Positions 40,201 through 51,242 of a stretch of DNA of 64,000 bases are shown here, piece by piece. Source of the stretch: Octopus bimaculoides (Eukaryota); NCBI RefSeq assembly GCF_001194135.2, contig NC_068982.1, forward strand, positions 22,538,014 through 22,602,013, written 5' to 3'. A program made the translations under genes and the position numbers. Position 1 is the first letter of the stretch, and every line of letters starts with the position of its first letter. The notes under the pieces were generated by a model, which did no database searches, was not told where the DNA came from, and worked only from the letters and a program-made list of their open reading frames with translations.

Positions 40201-43200
40201 AGGTGTTGAAGGCAGCAGAGTAATAAGTAGGGATGTGGTTGCTGTAGCTACAGAAAACTTTTGAGGTTAAGACAATATTCTATGATGCTATTGTTGCACA
40301 CATAGCCATCTGTACACTGCAGACCAAAAATCCCATTTTCTATATTAATAGATCAAACAAAAGCTTTCCAGAATGTCTTTAAAGACTTGACGTTTGCTGT
40401 TGAATTATATATTAATACTCTCATGCTAATGATTTCACAGCTACCTTATGGCCAAATGTCCAAGTAAGATTAAATGTGATGTATTGTTATTAATATAGGA
40501 TGCTGAAACTGCAATAAACACCATGAATGGACAGTGGCTGGGCAGTAGGCCAATCAGGACAAATTGGGCCACTCGGAAGCCGCCTGCTCCAAGTCAAAAA
40601 GACAGTAAGTAAATATACTCAATTTTTGTTTGTACTTTTTAGTGTTTCTGTTTCATAACACGCACGCACACACACACACACACACGCACGCCTATATTCA
40701 CTGAATTGGTGTAAAAATAAAAGTGATAAATTAAGAGCTCAGTTATTATGTCATTAAAAGTCCAGCATTGCAATAAAGCTCAGCAGTGGCAGTTTTTCTC
40801 ATTAACTTAATATTCCTGATAATTTTAATTCTGTCTCAGTTAAAATATATTTAATAATGTTTACCTTAATCAAAAAGCTCTTTCTTCCCTTTCTCCATCA
40901 ATCTACACACACGTACACACACATGCACTTTATCATGTTTGTATCTATCTATCTATCTGACTGATATGTTTTGTAATCAATATTTTAAGATACAAAGCAG
41001 CTATCTTATGAAGAAGTATACAACCAGTCCAGTCCCACCAACTGTACAGTCTACTGCGGTGGTATCTCTCAGGGTCTTACAGGTAAATATATTTGATCCT
41101 TAACTATTAATTAATCTTGTTCTGTGTATTTCTAAATTTTTACCACATAGCTTCATCTTTCGGTTTCTAATTTAAACTCTAAAAATTCACTTTTCAGAGG
41201 AGCTGATGAGGAAGACTTTCAATTCATATGGAGTAATTCATGAAATTCGTGTTTTCAAAGATAAAGGTTATGCATTCATTCGGTAAGTTGATTACTTTTG
41301 TTACAAGTGATTAAAGGTTCATTTACTACCTTTTCCTTAAAAAAAATTGTGTTGGCTTCAACTTAATTTGCTTAATTGTTATTTTTCGTGGTACTTGGCA
41401 TAACTGTAGTAAGTCCTACTTATACTCCATGGTCACCTCACCAGTGTAGAAAAAGCACCCATTACACTCTGTAAAGTGGTTGGTATTATAAAAGGTATCC
41501 AGCTGTAGAAATGTCATCCTTTGAATCATCCAATCTGTTCGGGCATGTAAGGCAGACATAAATTTATTATTACTGTCCATATTTTCTTAACTGTTAGCAA
41601 ATTAAATGTGGCAGTGAGAGACCATGACATGTCTTGTTCCTTAACTTTTTGTAATATCCTGTTGTATTCCTTGTAAATATTTTGGGTATTTTGGTGAAAG
41701 TAGTCTTAATTGCAGTTGTTTTAAGTTACTCGGTAGGAATTTCTTGGCAAGAAATTTTGAAATCACACACACATTTTGAAGTTGAGAAAATTTAAATATG
41801 TGATATAAGCTTATTAAAATCTCTGAACATTTGATATTTATATTGTAGCATATAATCCATAGTCAACCAATCAGTTATCATTAGTACAATTTCAAATTAA
41901 TACTTAAAGCTATTTTAGTGGTGGTAAGTGCTTAGATTCTCTTATATTAAAAACCTCGAGGTAGTGAGTGCCAAGTTGAATCTGCTAAGATGCAGATCTG
42001 AGATTTAGCCAAGCCATTTCAACTATTGACTGTCATGGTCTGTAGCTTGAACTGGTTGGGTGGGAGGCTGCCCCTCCCCTCCTTTGCTTACTTTTCCATC
42101 GCTTCGTGAAAATGAAATTTTTGGTCATATCATAAGTATACCTTCATTTAATATCTGGATTTTATAGCCTTGTGATATTTTGAGTATCAGTATTTAGACA
42201 GCTTTTGGAATCTTATTGGTTGAAACTGTCTCATTCAATGCAATGAGAGGTTTCTTGGCATTGCATAAAAATGGGTAGGTAGCTGATTGTATTGTCACTT
42301 GTCCATTTATCACTGAAAGGTGGACTAATTTTATTAACTTGGAAAGCATTGAATTCTTAAAAGCCGGTTTAGTATTTATGTGAAAAGTTCATACCTTTTG
42401 CATCAATTACTTTCATTAAAAATGCACAAAGTAATTTTATAATGCTTCTAAGTGGTATCTTAATATTTATGTTAATTGGTACTATAACACAACTTCGTTA
42501 TTGTTCTTCACTATCGCAAAGTTAATTTAGAATTAGACATTTTAAAACCTATAACATTTGCTACTTAATAGGCTAATTTTGTTAATTGTTATATATAGCT
42601 AATGAAATAAATATTTCTTAATAAAATGTTTATATCTTTCTCTCCATTAAAAGATTTTCTTCAAAGGAATCTGCTGCTCAAGCAATTTGTGGTGTTCATG
42701 GCAATGTGATTGCAGATCAACCTGTGAAGTGTTCCTGGGGTAAAGAATCTAATGATCCTAACCAAAGCAGTCAGCCAACTGTCACTAATGAGGTGTGTAT
42801 TCAAAAAATCTTTTTCGTGGAAGTTAAGTACTTCATCGTTTAACAGTTCTATGTGACCAGGCCAGTTTACTTCTTCAAGTATGTTGTTTTGTGTATTGAG
42901 ATTCAGGTGACATTTACAAAGTTTTATATAAATATCTCTTGCGTTGGCACAAGGGCAAAGTATGTTGATGACCAGTTGAGTAAATTCCTTAGTTATGTCG
43001 GTACTTTTAGCAATCATGGAATGTTGAATAGTAATTAAATGAGACCAGTAACTAATTGCTGATATGCATATTGACAACTCTATTAAATTCTAAATAATTA
43101 TATTTTGTATCTTGGGAAAGTGGTCATATTCAGTAGACAAGCAGGAGGTTTCATCTTGTGATCTAGTTATCTTTTACTATCTGATATGGATTTGTAATTT

Positions 43201-46200
43201 TCTAGCAATTGATGATTATATATAGGATGTAAAATAAAGAAGAAATGCATCGATTTCCTTTCTCTTTTCAGCAACAGCAACCTTTCTCCTCCCCTTCAGC
43301 CTATGGTCAGTTTTATGGTAACATGGGTTATTGGGGCTATCCATATCAAAATATGGCCCAGAGCAGCTATGTTCAAGGAGGAATGAATCAATGGGCAGGT
43401 TATAACTACCAAGCATATGCTGGGTAAGTGAACTTTTTACAGTTTTTGTCTTGTTACTCAATTTAAACATTTTCAATAAGTCTCAAACTACATTGATTAT
43501 CTCCAAATGTTTGTGCATGATGTTTCATTGTTACAAACAACAAAACTGCCTCTGCATTATTAATCAATCTGCTAGAAGTAGCAGCCAAATTAACCTGGAG
43601 CCACATCCATTTTGCAAGCACAGTATACTCTAGGCTACAAAACGGACCTAGTGGGTAATACAGGCAAATGGGGTGACTAATCATCATCATTGTAATGATC
43701 ACTTTTCCATACTTGCATGGGTCAGACGGAATAAGAAAGGTATTTTTCCTTTAGTCCAAACTTCCTTGGAAGATGTGAAATAAAGTGCTCATTTTACAAC
43801 TGTTGCCTGTTTTAAATTTAGCATTACTACTATCAAGACTGGGAGATACAAGCACACATGTGTAACTCCTGTGCATAGGGCTTCTTTCAGTTTCATCTCT
43901 CAAATCTACTCAAGGCTCTGCACAGCCAGTGCTATAGGAGATACCTGAGGTACCTTGTGGTTGTGCAGCAGACGGCTTGAACCACTGATAGCATAAATGT
44001 TTGCTGGTAACCAATGTATATGATTTCCATCATAGTGGTTACATCGTAAGAACATAAGTAAAACTTCCAAAACATTCTTGGCAACATCTAGCCTGTTTAT
44101 TATTTTGGCTACAAAAATCTTTATCTGCTTTGGGTGGAGTTCTTCGTACCCTCCCACTCTGTTGCTCTCTCTTACACACATACACAATCTGGTAAATGAA
44201 CTATGAAAGTGTAAAGAAGACTGCTGGATTGCAGCTTTCGTGTATTTAAAAACAACTGACATGGGATCCTACGATTAAGATAGTAACTAAACCAATATTT
44301 TCTTTTTCTTTACAGGATGAATGTCCCTGCGATGCAACAATGGGGCCAAATTCCCCTGCAGCCTGGCCAGCAACAGCAGCAATTTAATGGTCAGCAGCAA
44401 ACTATGCTTGGTTATCCTCTGCAGCAGGGTAGGTATTCTCATACATTACCTGCATATTTATCTTCATAACCCCCTTCCATTAAAGACTATTTTTCTTTAA
44501 AAGGGTGCATCATTTTTGGGGGAGAGGTGGCAGGGTTTCTTTATANNNNNNNNNNNNNNNNNNNNNNNNNNNNNNNNNNNNNNNNNNNNNNNNNNNNNNN
44601 NNNNNNNNNNNNNNNNNNNNNNNNNNNNNNNNNNNNNNNNNNNNNNNNNNNNNNNNNNNNNNNNNNNNNNNNNNNNNNNNNNNNNNNNNNNNNNNNNNNN
44701 TGGTTAATGGTTTCGTTGGTTGTCCTTTTTTTTTCTAAAGAATGTTCTTTCTTTTAATTATTGTTTTTATTTTCTTTTCTCATCATTTGGAAGAAGGAAA
44801 AAATTAATACCCTGAATTTGCTAGGCATTTTGTTCTGTTTAATTTTTTTTTTTTATTAATATTTGGAAAATAATGTTTTGTTTTATATTTTCTTAAATCT
44901 GTTACTTTTTTTTTTTTTCCCCCTCCTTTCCTACTAACTTCCGTAATTCACTTGACTTGGTTTTCTAGCAGACAATTTACCCTTCAGCTTTTCTTTCAAA
45001 GTTTGTGGATACAAGTCTTTTCCTCTGCATGCATAATGAATTTTCTCTTTCATTCCTCCCTTCATTTTCCTTCATTTATTTACTACACCCATATATTTAC
45101 CTTCCCCATTTCCCGTATTTGTTATTTTCAATTAAGCAACACATTAAATCTAGTTTAGTTTGACTCCTACCGCCTTAAATTAATATGTGGGGAACAGAAA
45201 CACTTCAGAGTTCCATATAATCTATAAACTCCTGTAAATTTTAGTTGATTATGTTATGGAAAAAAGAAAATCTTCTGTCAGTTTTGACAATAAGAATTCC
45301 AGTTGTTAGATCAACTGAACTTATCTACTCCTTTGTGTAAGTGGTTGAGAGTTCCACAGACACTTGTAACTCTTAATGTAATCTTCAGGCAAAATCAGTG
45401 TGGGGCCACGCTGAGCCACTGAATTAAAATCAAAAGTTCATCTAATGTGGTTGTCTTTGATGGTTTGTCAACCCAAGACTAGTCTTACCACTTGTCCAAG
45501 ATGCCATGCATTGACGTCAAACTCAGGGTTTTGTGATTGCAATGCAAACTTCTTTTTAACTATATGGCCATATAGGATGGGATGCAGACACAGTTGAGGG
45601 GCTAAGAGGGGCTAGGTTTAATGTACACACAAACACATATACTCACATGCACATGTACGTGCACACAAATTCAAAACACTTGTAGCCATCATTACCAAGT
45701 TTTACGGGAGAGAAAAAAGCGGGGCTATTTATTTTTTTTGAAAGCTAAAAGTTGGAATCGGTTTTTATTTTTCTATATACTACTACATATTGTCAATGTA
45801 ACAGCTTTGCATGTTTCAACTATTCTATCTGGGATTCACCCAAAGTGTAATTGCTTCATTTTTTTTTCTCTTCACATTACAATTTACTAAATTAACTATA
45901 CATACATACATATATATATAACAAGATTAAATGTTTTTTACCTCTATTTTCTCTTACTATTGCATGTAAATTTATATAAATCAGTAAGAATCTCATTTTC
46001 TTTCTCAATGAGCAGTTGGATTAGCCTAATATCTAAACATAGTCGGGCAGTTGGTAGTCTACTGGAATTAAAAATGGCAACTATATAATGCCACCAAGTC
46101 AATTACAGTGCTCACGGCTGGCATTTTAGAATGTTATCTCTTTCTCAACCCCATTCCATTTTAACTGATAACACTAACCTCTTTCTTTTTTTTTATTTCC

Positions 46201-46331
46201 ATGTTTGTCCCTTTCCTTCCAAAATACACAACAATCAGCATTTTAGCAGATATTCCCATTTGCATTTATGTTTCTATTTTGCTGACAAACGCCTTGTTGC
46301 ACTTCCTATTATATTTGTGTTTTGAATTAGT

Positions 46332-46393
<62 letters not shown>

Positions 46394-47830
46394 ATAAAAA
46401 AATAATAAAAAAATAAAAAAAAAATAAAGAAGATTGAAAGACTGAATTTACTGCAATAAGTTCCAATAATGCTTAGTTCTATTAAGGGTAATAATTGTAC
46501 AAATTAGATTGTAATGTCTCCTCCACCCCCTTTTTTAAATACCTGCTTTTATTGTCTTTTATTTAGTGAACATAGTGTTTGTAATGTGATGCTGACATCT
46601 GTTTCTCTAATGGTCTTGTCTTCAGTTCAGAATTGTTTTAAATAGCTTTCCAAAGATGCAGTTCTGTGGCTTTTGACCTTCCCTATGATGAGAGAGCTGC
46701 TTTTATCAGCTGCTTATTAGTCTCTACCTTGCCTGTTACATAGCAGTGCTGAGAAATTCCTTTCAGTGCTCTGAGACACTGTTGTTCACTAGGCTACATA
46801 ATCGGGGACAGCTATGTTTGATATTAGCTTCATCCTTCTGTTCATTGAACTCAATACCCGACTATTTGTTGCTGACATTAAATTTTTCCATTTGCTAGGG
46901 GTGATATCTCATCCCCTTTTCATCCCATGATTGCAAGCATTCTGGCATCATGCCCTCAGGCGCTGAGGTAAAATGGCTGACAGCAGGTTGGAAGATTTTT
47001 ATATACTTTTTTTTCTTCTTTCTCCACTTTATAGCTTTTTCAGCCATAGAATCTACTTCAAGATTTTTGGTTAGATTTATTCTGAATTTGGTTTTACTAT
47101 CTGGATAGATTTTCTTTACTTTTTAATAGGTACACTTCAAAATCAATATTCATACAGTTTAGCTTTTAAGCATATCTCGGATATGTTAATCACTTTATAT
47201 TAAATGCAATGTTTAAGTTTTAATTTTAATTTTTTATTTATTTCTCTTCTAAATTGTATGGAATGGGGTATATATTTTCAATAAAACCTAAATACACAGT
47301 ATTAGTTGATATATAAATATTGTTAGAAATGGGGTGAATATTGAGAGGAGAAATTAGTCCCCTTCTTCGGATTTGAAAAATGGATTTTTTTGTCAAATGT
47401 TAAATTCTATAAACCATCATTGTATCCAGTTTCTAAGCCGATCTACTCAAGGAAATGGGTTGCTTCTTGTTTTCATTTCCTTATTTCATCTATTGGGTTG
47501 TGATATTTTCAAAAGATTTAAGAAAGTAAAGCTTGTTTATGCTAAAAAGCACAGAATAATATTCCTCCCAACACTAAAGCATGCCAGTTCATGCTTTTAA
47601 GAACAAGTTATATAATTAACTGGCTTATTACTAACGTGTTTACTAAATTACACATACACACATTAATATTGAAGTATCGCTGCTATTTTACATTCTCCAA
47701 AGTTATTATTAATGTAGAAACTCCAAGGTGTGTCATTGTAGATGACTTGTGTTTTATGTAGATAAAGCTGCATGTTTTCTTGAGTTATTGTTTCGCATGA
47801 CTGGACTATATTTGTGCGTGAGTGTGTGTA

Positions 47831-47877
<47 letters not shown>

Positions 47878-50145
47878 AAAAATCGTAAAGCAAGATTATA
47901 GAATGTTTTATGTCTGGAATTTAGTTCAGAGATGGAAACCAAAAAACATTGAGGAAAGTTTTGCATGTTTTATCTTTTCATGTAATAGAATATTGAAAAT
48001 GAAAGGAAAAGCCAGTTGTTCCTGTGATGTCTTTTCAAATTAATGCAGGCATAAGATTTAATTATATTCCCCTCTGAGTCTTTTCATCAGAGAGCTATAA
48101 CAGTTTTACGTGCAATTCATGATATTGAGTTATTCGTTGTGGTTTTTTGGTACTGATCAGCTAGCATCAGTCTTAAAAATTAGATTTCTTTTGCCATGAT
48201 GTTCTACTTCCCAGGCCCCAGTTGATTTTTTTGACCCATCACTGTCATTTTTGTGGCATGATTTCAACAATGTCTAGTTGAAATGTTGTTCAATTTTTCC
48301 AGATAGCTACTTGGAAGAGGACAATTAGGTTCTGGTGGTCACAGTAAGCATTTCCAGATTTGATTTTGTCTTTTTTAACAACATTAACATTTTCAGAACT
48401 TGATTTCTTAGATGGAGTTTTTAAAAAAAAATTTTGATATTCTTTATTATTATTTCTTTGCTACAAAGTTCTTTTGGATTGCAATTTGTTGATAAATAGA
48501 TATTTTGTTGAATTTTGATAAAACCTCTCTACTCACTCCGGAAATTGATTTGAGTCGGTGTTTGGCTTGGCATTCTTTAATAGTTACTAACACAACTTTA
48601 GTTTATTTTGTTTCACTTTCAAAGATTTATCTCAATATTTCCCAATATAGAATATGGTGGTGGGGTGGGAGAATCATGCAATTTTTATGTTTAAAAAAAA
48701 AAAAACTTAATAAAATACTAAGCTAGGTTTTTTTTTTTTTTTATAGAAGTTTGTATTCCCTTGTTGCTTTTTGCTCACAAGTTTCTGTAGTGTGTTCTTT
48801 AGCTCTTTCACTTGGTAGTACATACCGTGTGAAATATTTTTTTTATATATTAAAATATGGATGAGAAGCATGGTTGGTTTCTAAAGGTTTTGCTTTTGTT
48901 TATATACATACATACATATATATATGTAAAATTTTTTTTCTTTGCATATTTCTAATAAACTGGCTGCTTTACTACATCATAAATCAGTAAGCATGTTAGG
49001 TTTGAATATCTAAATAAAAGGAGTCANNNNNNNNNNNNNNNNNNNNNNNNNNNNNNNNNNNNNNNNNNNNNNNNNNNNNNNNNNNNNNNNNNNNNNNNNN
49101 NNNNNNNNNNNNNNNNNNNNNNNNNNNNNNNNNNNNNNNNNNNNNNNNNNNNNNNNNNNNNNNNNNNNNNNNNNNNNNNNNNNNNNNNNNNNNNNNNNNN
49201 NNNNNNNNNNNNNNNNNNNNNNNNNNNNNNNNNNNNNNNNNNNNNNNNNNNNNNNNNNNNNNNNNNNNNNNNNNNNNNNNNNNNNNNNNNNNNNNNNNNN
49301 NNNNNNNNNNNNNNNNNNNNNNNNNNNNNNNNNNNNNNNNNNNNNNNNNNNNNNNNNNNNNNNNNNNNNNNNNNNNNNNNNNNNNNNNNNNNNNNNNNNN
49401 NNNNNNNNNNNNNNNNNNNNNNNNNNNNNNNNNNNNNNNNNNNNNNNNNNNNNNNNNNNNNNNNNNNNNNNNNNNNNNNNNNNNNNNNNNNNNNNNNNNN
49501 NNNNNNNNNNNNNNNNNNNNNNNNNNNNNNNNNNNNNNNNNNNNNNNNNNNNNNNNNNNNNNNNNNNNNNNNNNNNNNNNNNNNNNNNNNNNNNNNNNNN
49601 NNNNNNNNNNNNNNNNNNNNNNNNNNNNNNNNNNNNNNNNNNNNNNNNNNNNNNNNNNNNNNNNNNNNNNNNNNNNNNNNNNNNNNNNNNNNNNNNNNNN
49701 NNNNNNNNNNNNNNNNNNNNNNNNNNNNNNNNNNNNNNNNNNNNNNNNNNNNNNNNNNNNNNNNNNNNNNNNNNNNNNNNNNNNNNNNNNNNNNNNNNNN
49801 NNNNNNNNNNNNNNNNNNNNNNNNNNNNNNNNNNNNNNNNNNNNNNNNNNNNNNNNNNNNNNNNNNNNNNNNNNNNNNNNNNNNNNNNNNNNNNNNNNNN
49901 NNNNNNNNNNNNNNNNNNNNNNNNNNNNNNNNNNNNNNNNNNNNNNNNNNNNNNNNNNNNNNNNNNNNNNNNNNNNNNNNNNNNNNNNNNNNNNNNNNNN
50001 NNNTATAACTTATGTTAATTATTTTTTCTTTATGCATGCAGTTACATGTGCTAGGAGTGACCTTTAATTTTTCATTTATTGTGTTCTTTTCTCAACTCTG
50101 GTTTCTTTCTGGTATTTTTCAGGCTACCCACAAGCTCCGTACTAA
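28747..50145 (+). CDS. TIA1: TIA-1/TIAR-family RNA-binding protein (nucleolysin), 5'-partial spliced gene: RRM2 + RRM3 + Q/Y/G-rich C-terminal domain, 9 coding exons in window
   Basis: Exons 28747-28834, 35657-35732, 40499-40604, 40990-41082, 41198-41282, 42654-42792, 43272-43423, 44316-44428 and 50123-50145 all have AG/GT boundaries and matching phases. They join into [14 protein letters not shown]...[10 protein letters not shown]...[19 protein letters not shown]...NCTVYCGG...DKGYAFIRF...VKCSWGKES...Q/Y/G-rich tail, which are hallmark TIA1/TIAL1 motifs. RRM1 exons were not found in the window. Confidence 0.96.
30905..31080 (-). mobile_element. Decayed CORE-type SINE
   Basis: ccatctactgaattccactcacagactattgg...gaagacacttgc...gggattgaaccgagaactatg; reverse complement of the 8211 family. 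Confidence 0.65.
31200..31330. repeat. Compound (GT)n(AT)n(AC)n microsatellite
   Basis: Directly visible; explains the YI/HT low-complexity ORFs here. Confidence 0.95.
32403..32472 (+). other. TIA1: Candidate PTC-containing (poison) alternative exon of TIA1
   Basis: ttacttttcctaacttcaaacag|ATGACACG...GGCTAT|gtatgc followed by a pyrimidine/U tract at about 32480-32540. Splicing after the phase-2 exon gives TC+A then TGA (32404-32406). The length of 70 nt also shifts the frame. Confidence 0.55.
35657..35732 (+). CDS. TIA1: TIA1 exon, RRM2 RNP1 ([25 protein letters not shown])
   Basis: ttgcag|AGATTG...AAAGTG|gtaagt; 76 nt, phase 2 in, phase 0 out. Confidence 0.96.
36720..36925 (+). mobile_element. 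Decayed (GAT)n-tailed SINE 3' part
   Basis: aaagcacccagcagacactctgtaaagtggttgacgttag...ccagcatggaaaacaggttttaaacaatgatgatg. Confidence 0.65.
37770..37998 (-). mobile_element. CORE-type SINE
   Basis: gggcttctttcagttttcatctaccaaatcgactcag...ttgcccaaggtgccatgcagtgagactgatcccagaaccatgtg. Confidence 0.75.
38485..38670 (-). mobile_element. Decayed (GAT)n-tailed SINE 3' part
   Basis: cattatcattttgtcatccttttccatgttagc...gccaaccacttttcagtggactggatgctttttct. Confidence 0.55.
38760..39720 (-). pseudogene. Decayed RTE-like LINE reverse-transcriptase fragment
   Basis: Minus-strand remnants in the correct order: IF.TR.I.EK, LNN...[22 protein letters not shown] (YADD motif region, about 39196-39215), KKTKIM, KYLG (39015-39025); multiple stops and frameshifts. 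Confidence 0.7.
40499..40604 (+). CDS. TIA1: TIA1 exon, RRM2 end ([35 protein letters not shown])
   Basis: atatag|GATGCT...AGACA|gtaagt; 106 nt, phase 0 in, phase 1 out. Confidence 0.96.
40990..41082 (+). CDS. TIA1: TIA1 exon, linker and RRM3 start ([31 protein letters not shown])
   Basis: tttaag|ATACAA...TTACAG|gtaaat; 93 nt, phase 1 in and out. Confidence 0.95.
41198..41282 (+). CDS. TIA1: TIA1 exon, RRM3 ([29 protein letters not shown])
   Basis: tttcag|AGGAGC...ATTCG|gtaagt; 85 nt, phase 1 in, phase 2 out. Confidence 0.95.
41430..41555 (+). mobile_element. Decayed (GAT)n-family SINE fragment
   Basis: gaaaaagcacccattacactctgtaaagtggttggt...ggtatccagctgtagaaa. Confidence 0.55.
42654..42792 (+). 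CDS. TIA1: TIA1 exon, RRM3 end ([46 protein letters not shown])
   Basis: taaaag|ATTTTC...AATGAG|gtgtgt; 139 nt, phase 2 in, phase 0 out. Confidence 0.93.
43272..43423 (+). CDS. TIA1: TIA1 exon, prion-like domain ([51 protein letters not shown])
   Basis: tttcag|CAACAG...GCTGG|gtaagt; 152 nt; Q/Y/G/N-rich composition typical of the TIA-1 C-terminus. Confidence 0.9.
44316..44428 (+). CDS. TIA1: TIA1 exon, prion-like domain ([37 protein letters not shown])
   Basis: ttacag|GATGAA...CAGCAGG|gtaggt; 113 nt; continues the frame from the phase-2 donor at 43424. Confidence 0.9.
46336..46430 (+). repeat. Genomic poly(A) tract (A56) followed by an A-rich extension
   Basis: Uninterrupted A from 46336 to 46391, then A-runs punctuated by single T's. 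Confidence 0.95.
49027..50002. other. Assembly gap in the last TIA1 intron; other gaps at 9368-9546, 24107-24116, 44546-44700, 54236-54767 and 55295-55304
   Basis: Runs of N. Confidence 1.
50123..50145 (+). CDS. TIA1: Probable terminal TIA1 coding exon (GYPQAPY-stop)
   Basis: Strong acceptor ggtatttttcag|GCTACCCACAAGCTCCGTACTAA; phase 1 matches the 44429 donor and the peptide fits the domain composition. Two N-gaps in the preceding intron could hide other exons. Confidence 0.7.
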
Positions 50146-50429
50146 GTGCAGACCTTGTCGGCCCTAACTGCGATTATGTATCCACAACTGCAGCAGGGAA
50201 CACAAGAAATATTCGGTTCACCTTATAACTGCAGAAATCCTGTACATAGCACTATTAATGTAGCCATATAGCTAGAAATATATAGATTACAGATAAAAAA
50301 AAAAAAAATCCTCAAAAAGAAAAAAAAAAATTACAAAAAACAAAAAAAAAATGTAAAAAAAAATCAAGAAAACATACTAAAATAGTCATCAGTTTTCATA
50401 ATGATGATAATGACTGATAATGGTTAAAT

Positions 50430-50490
50430 ATAATAATAATAATAATAATAATATAACAATAATAATAATATTATTAATAATGATAATAAT
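50430..50490. repeat. (AAT)n microsatellite in the putative 3' UTR
   Basis: Directly visible. Confidence 0.9.
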
Positions 50491-51209
50491 GGTGGTGGTA
50501 GGAATGGTGGCAAACAGGAAAAAGCTTCTTTCCTTGCAGTAAAAGAAGAAAAAAAAGAACAAAAAGAAACAAACAAAAAAAGACAACAATTTACTCAAAT
50601 GGAATATATATATGTATGTGTATATATATATATATATGTGTGTGTGTATGTATGTATCTATATATATATGTATATATATATAATATTACCATTTTGGTGT
50701 GAAATGCACAAATGTAATGATTTTGACTCTGGATGAATGAATGACGAACATAATTTGAAAACTTTCCCTTCCCTCTACTTTTATTTGATTTAGTCTTTAT
50801 TTTAACAATTCGTGGGGACCCGTGGTTATACTTTGATACAATCTTATCAGAAGTGGAGGAAGTTTTATATACATATATATATATGTGTGTGTGTGTATGT
50901 GAATACATGTATACACGCGCACATATATATTACATGTGTATGCATGTAGATTATACACATTCACACATGCACAGTGTATGTGTGTGTGTGTATTTAATGT
51001 ATATATGTGTGTACGTATGCAATTGTGTATGTTTATAAAAAATAGTGCAACTAAGGATCTGTTTTTTAGCTGGTTGGGCGGTTTATACCTAAAGAATAAG
51101 CTTAAAAAATGTATTCTGAATCTTTTTTCAACTCTGTACCCGTGTTTAATGAATTTGGGATATTATTTTAAAACTTTCTCTCCTTTTTCTGTGGTGTGCA
51201 TGTGCGTGC

Positions 51210-51242
<33 letters not shown>

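Noticed and set aside
38485-41555. Inverted SINEs flanking the three exons at 40499-41282 as circRNA drivers
   Set aside because: The copies are short and diverged (only about a 35-nt core pairs, imperfectly), so the duplex is probably too weak.
46680-46775. Possible C/D-box snoRNA (ATGATGA ... CTGA ... CTGA)
   Set aside because: There is no terminal stem and no recognisable rRNA or snRNA antisense guide. Similar ATGATGA hits at 16566 and 17132 are a SINE tail or too short.
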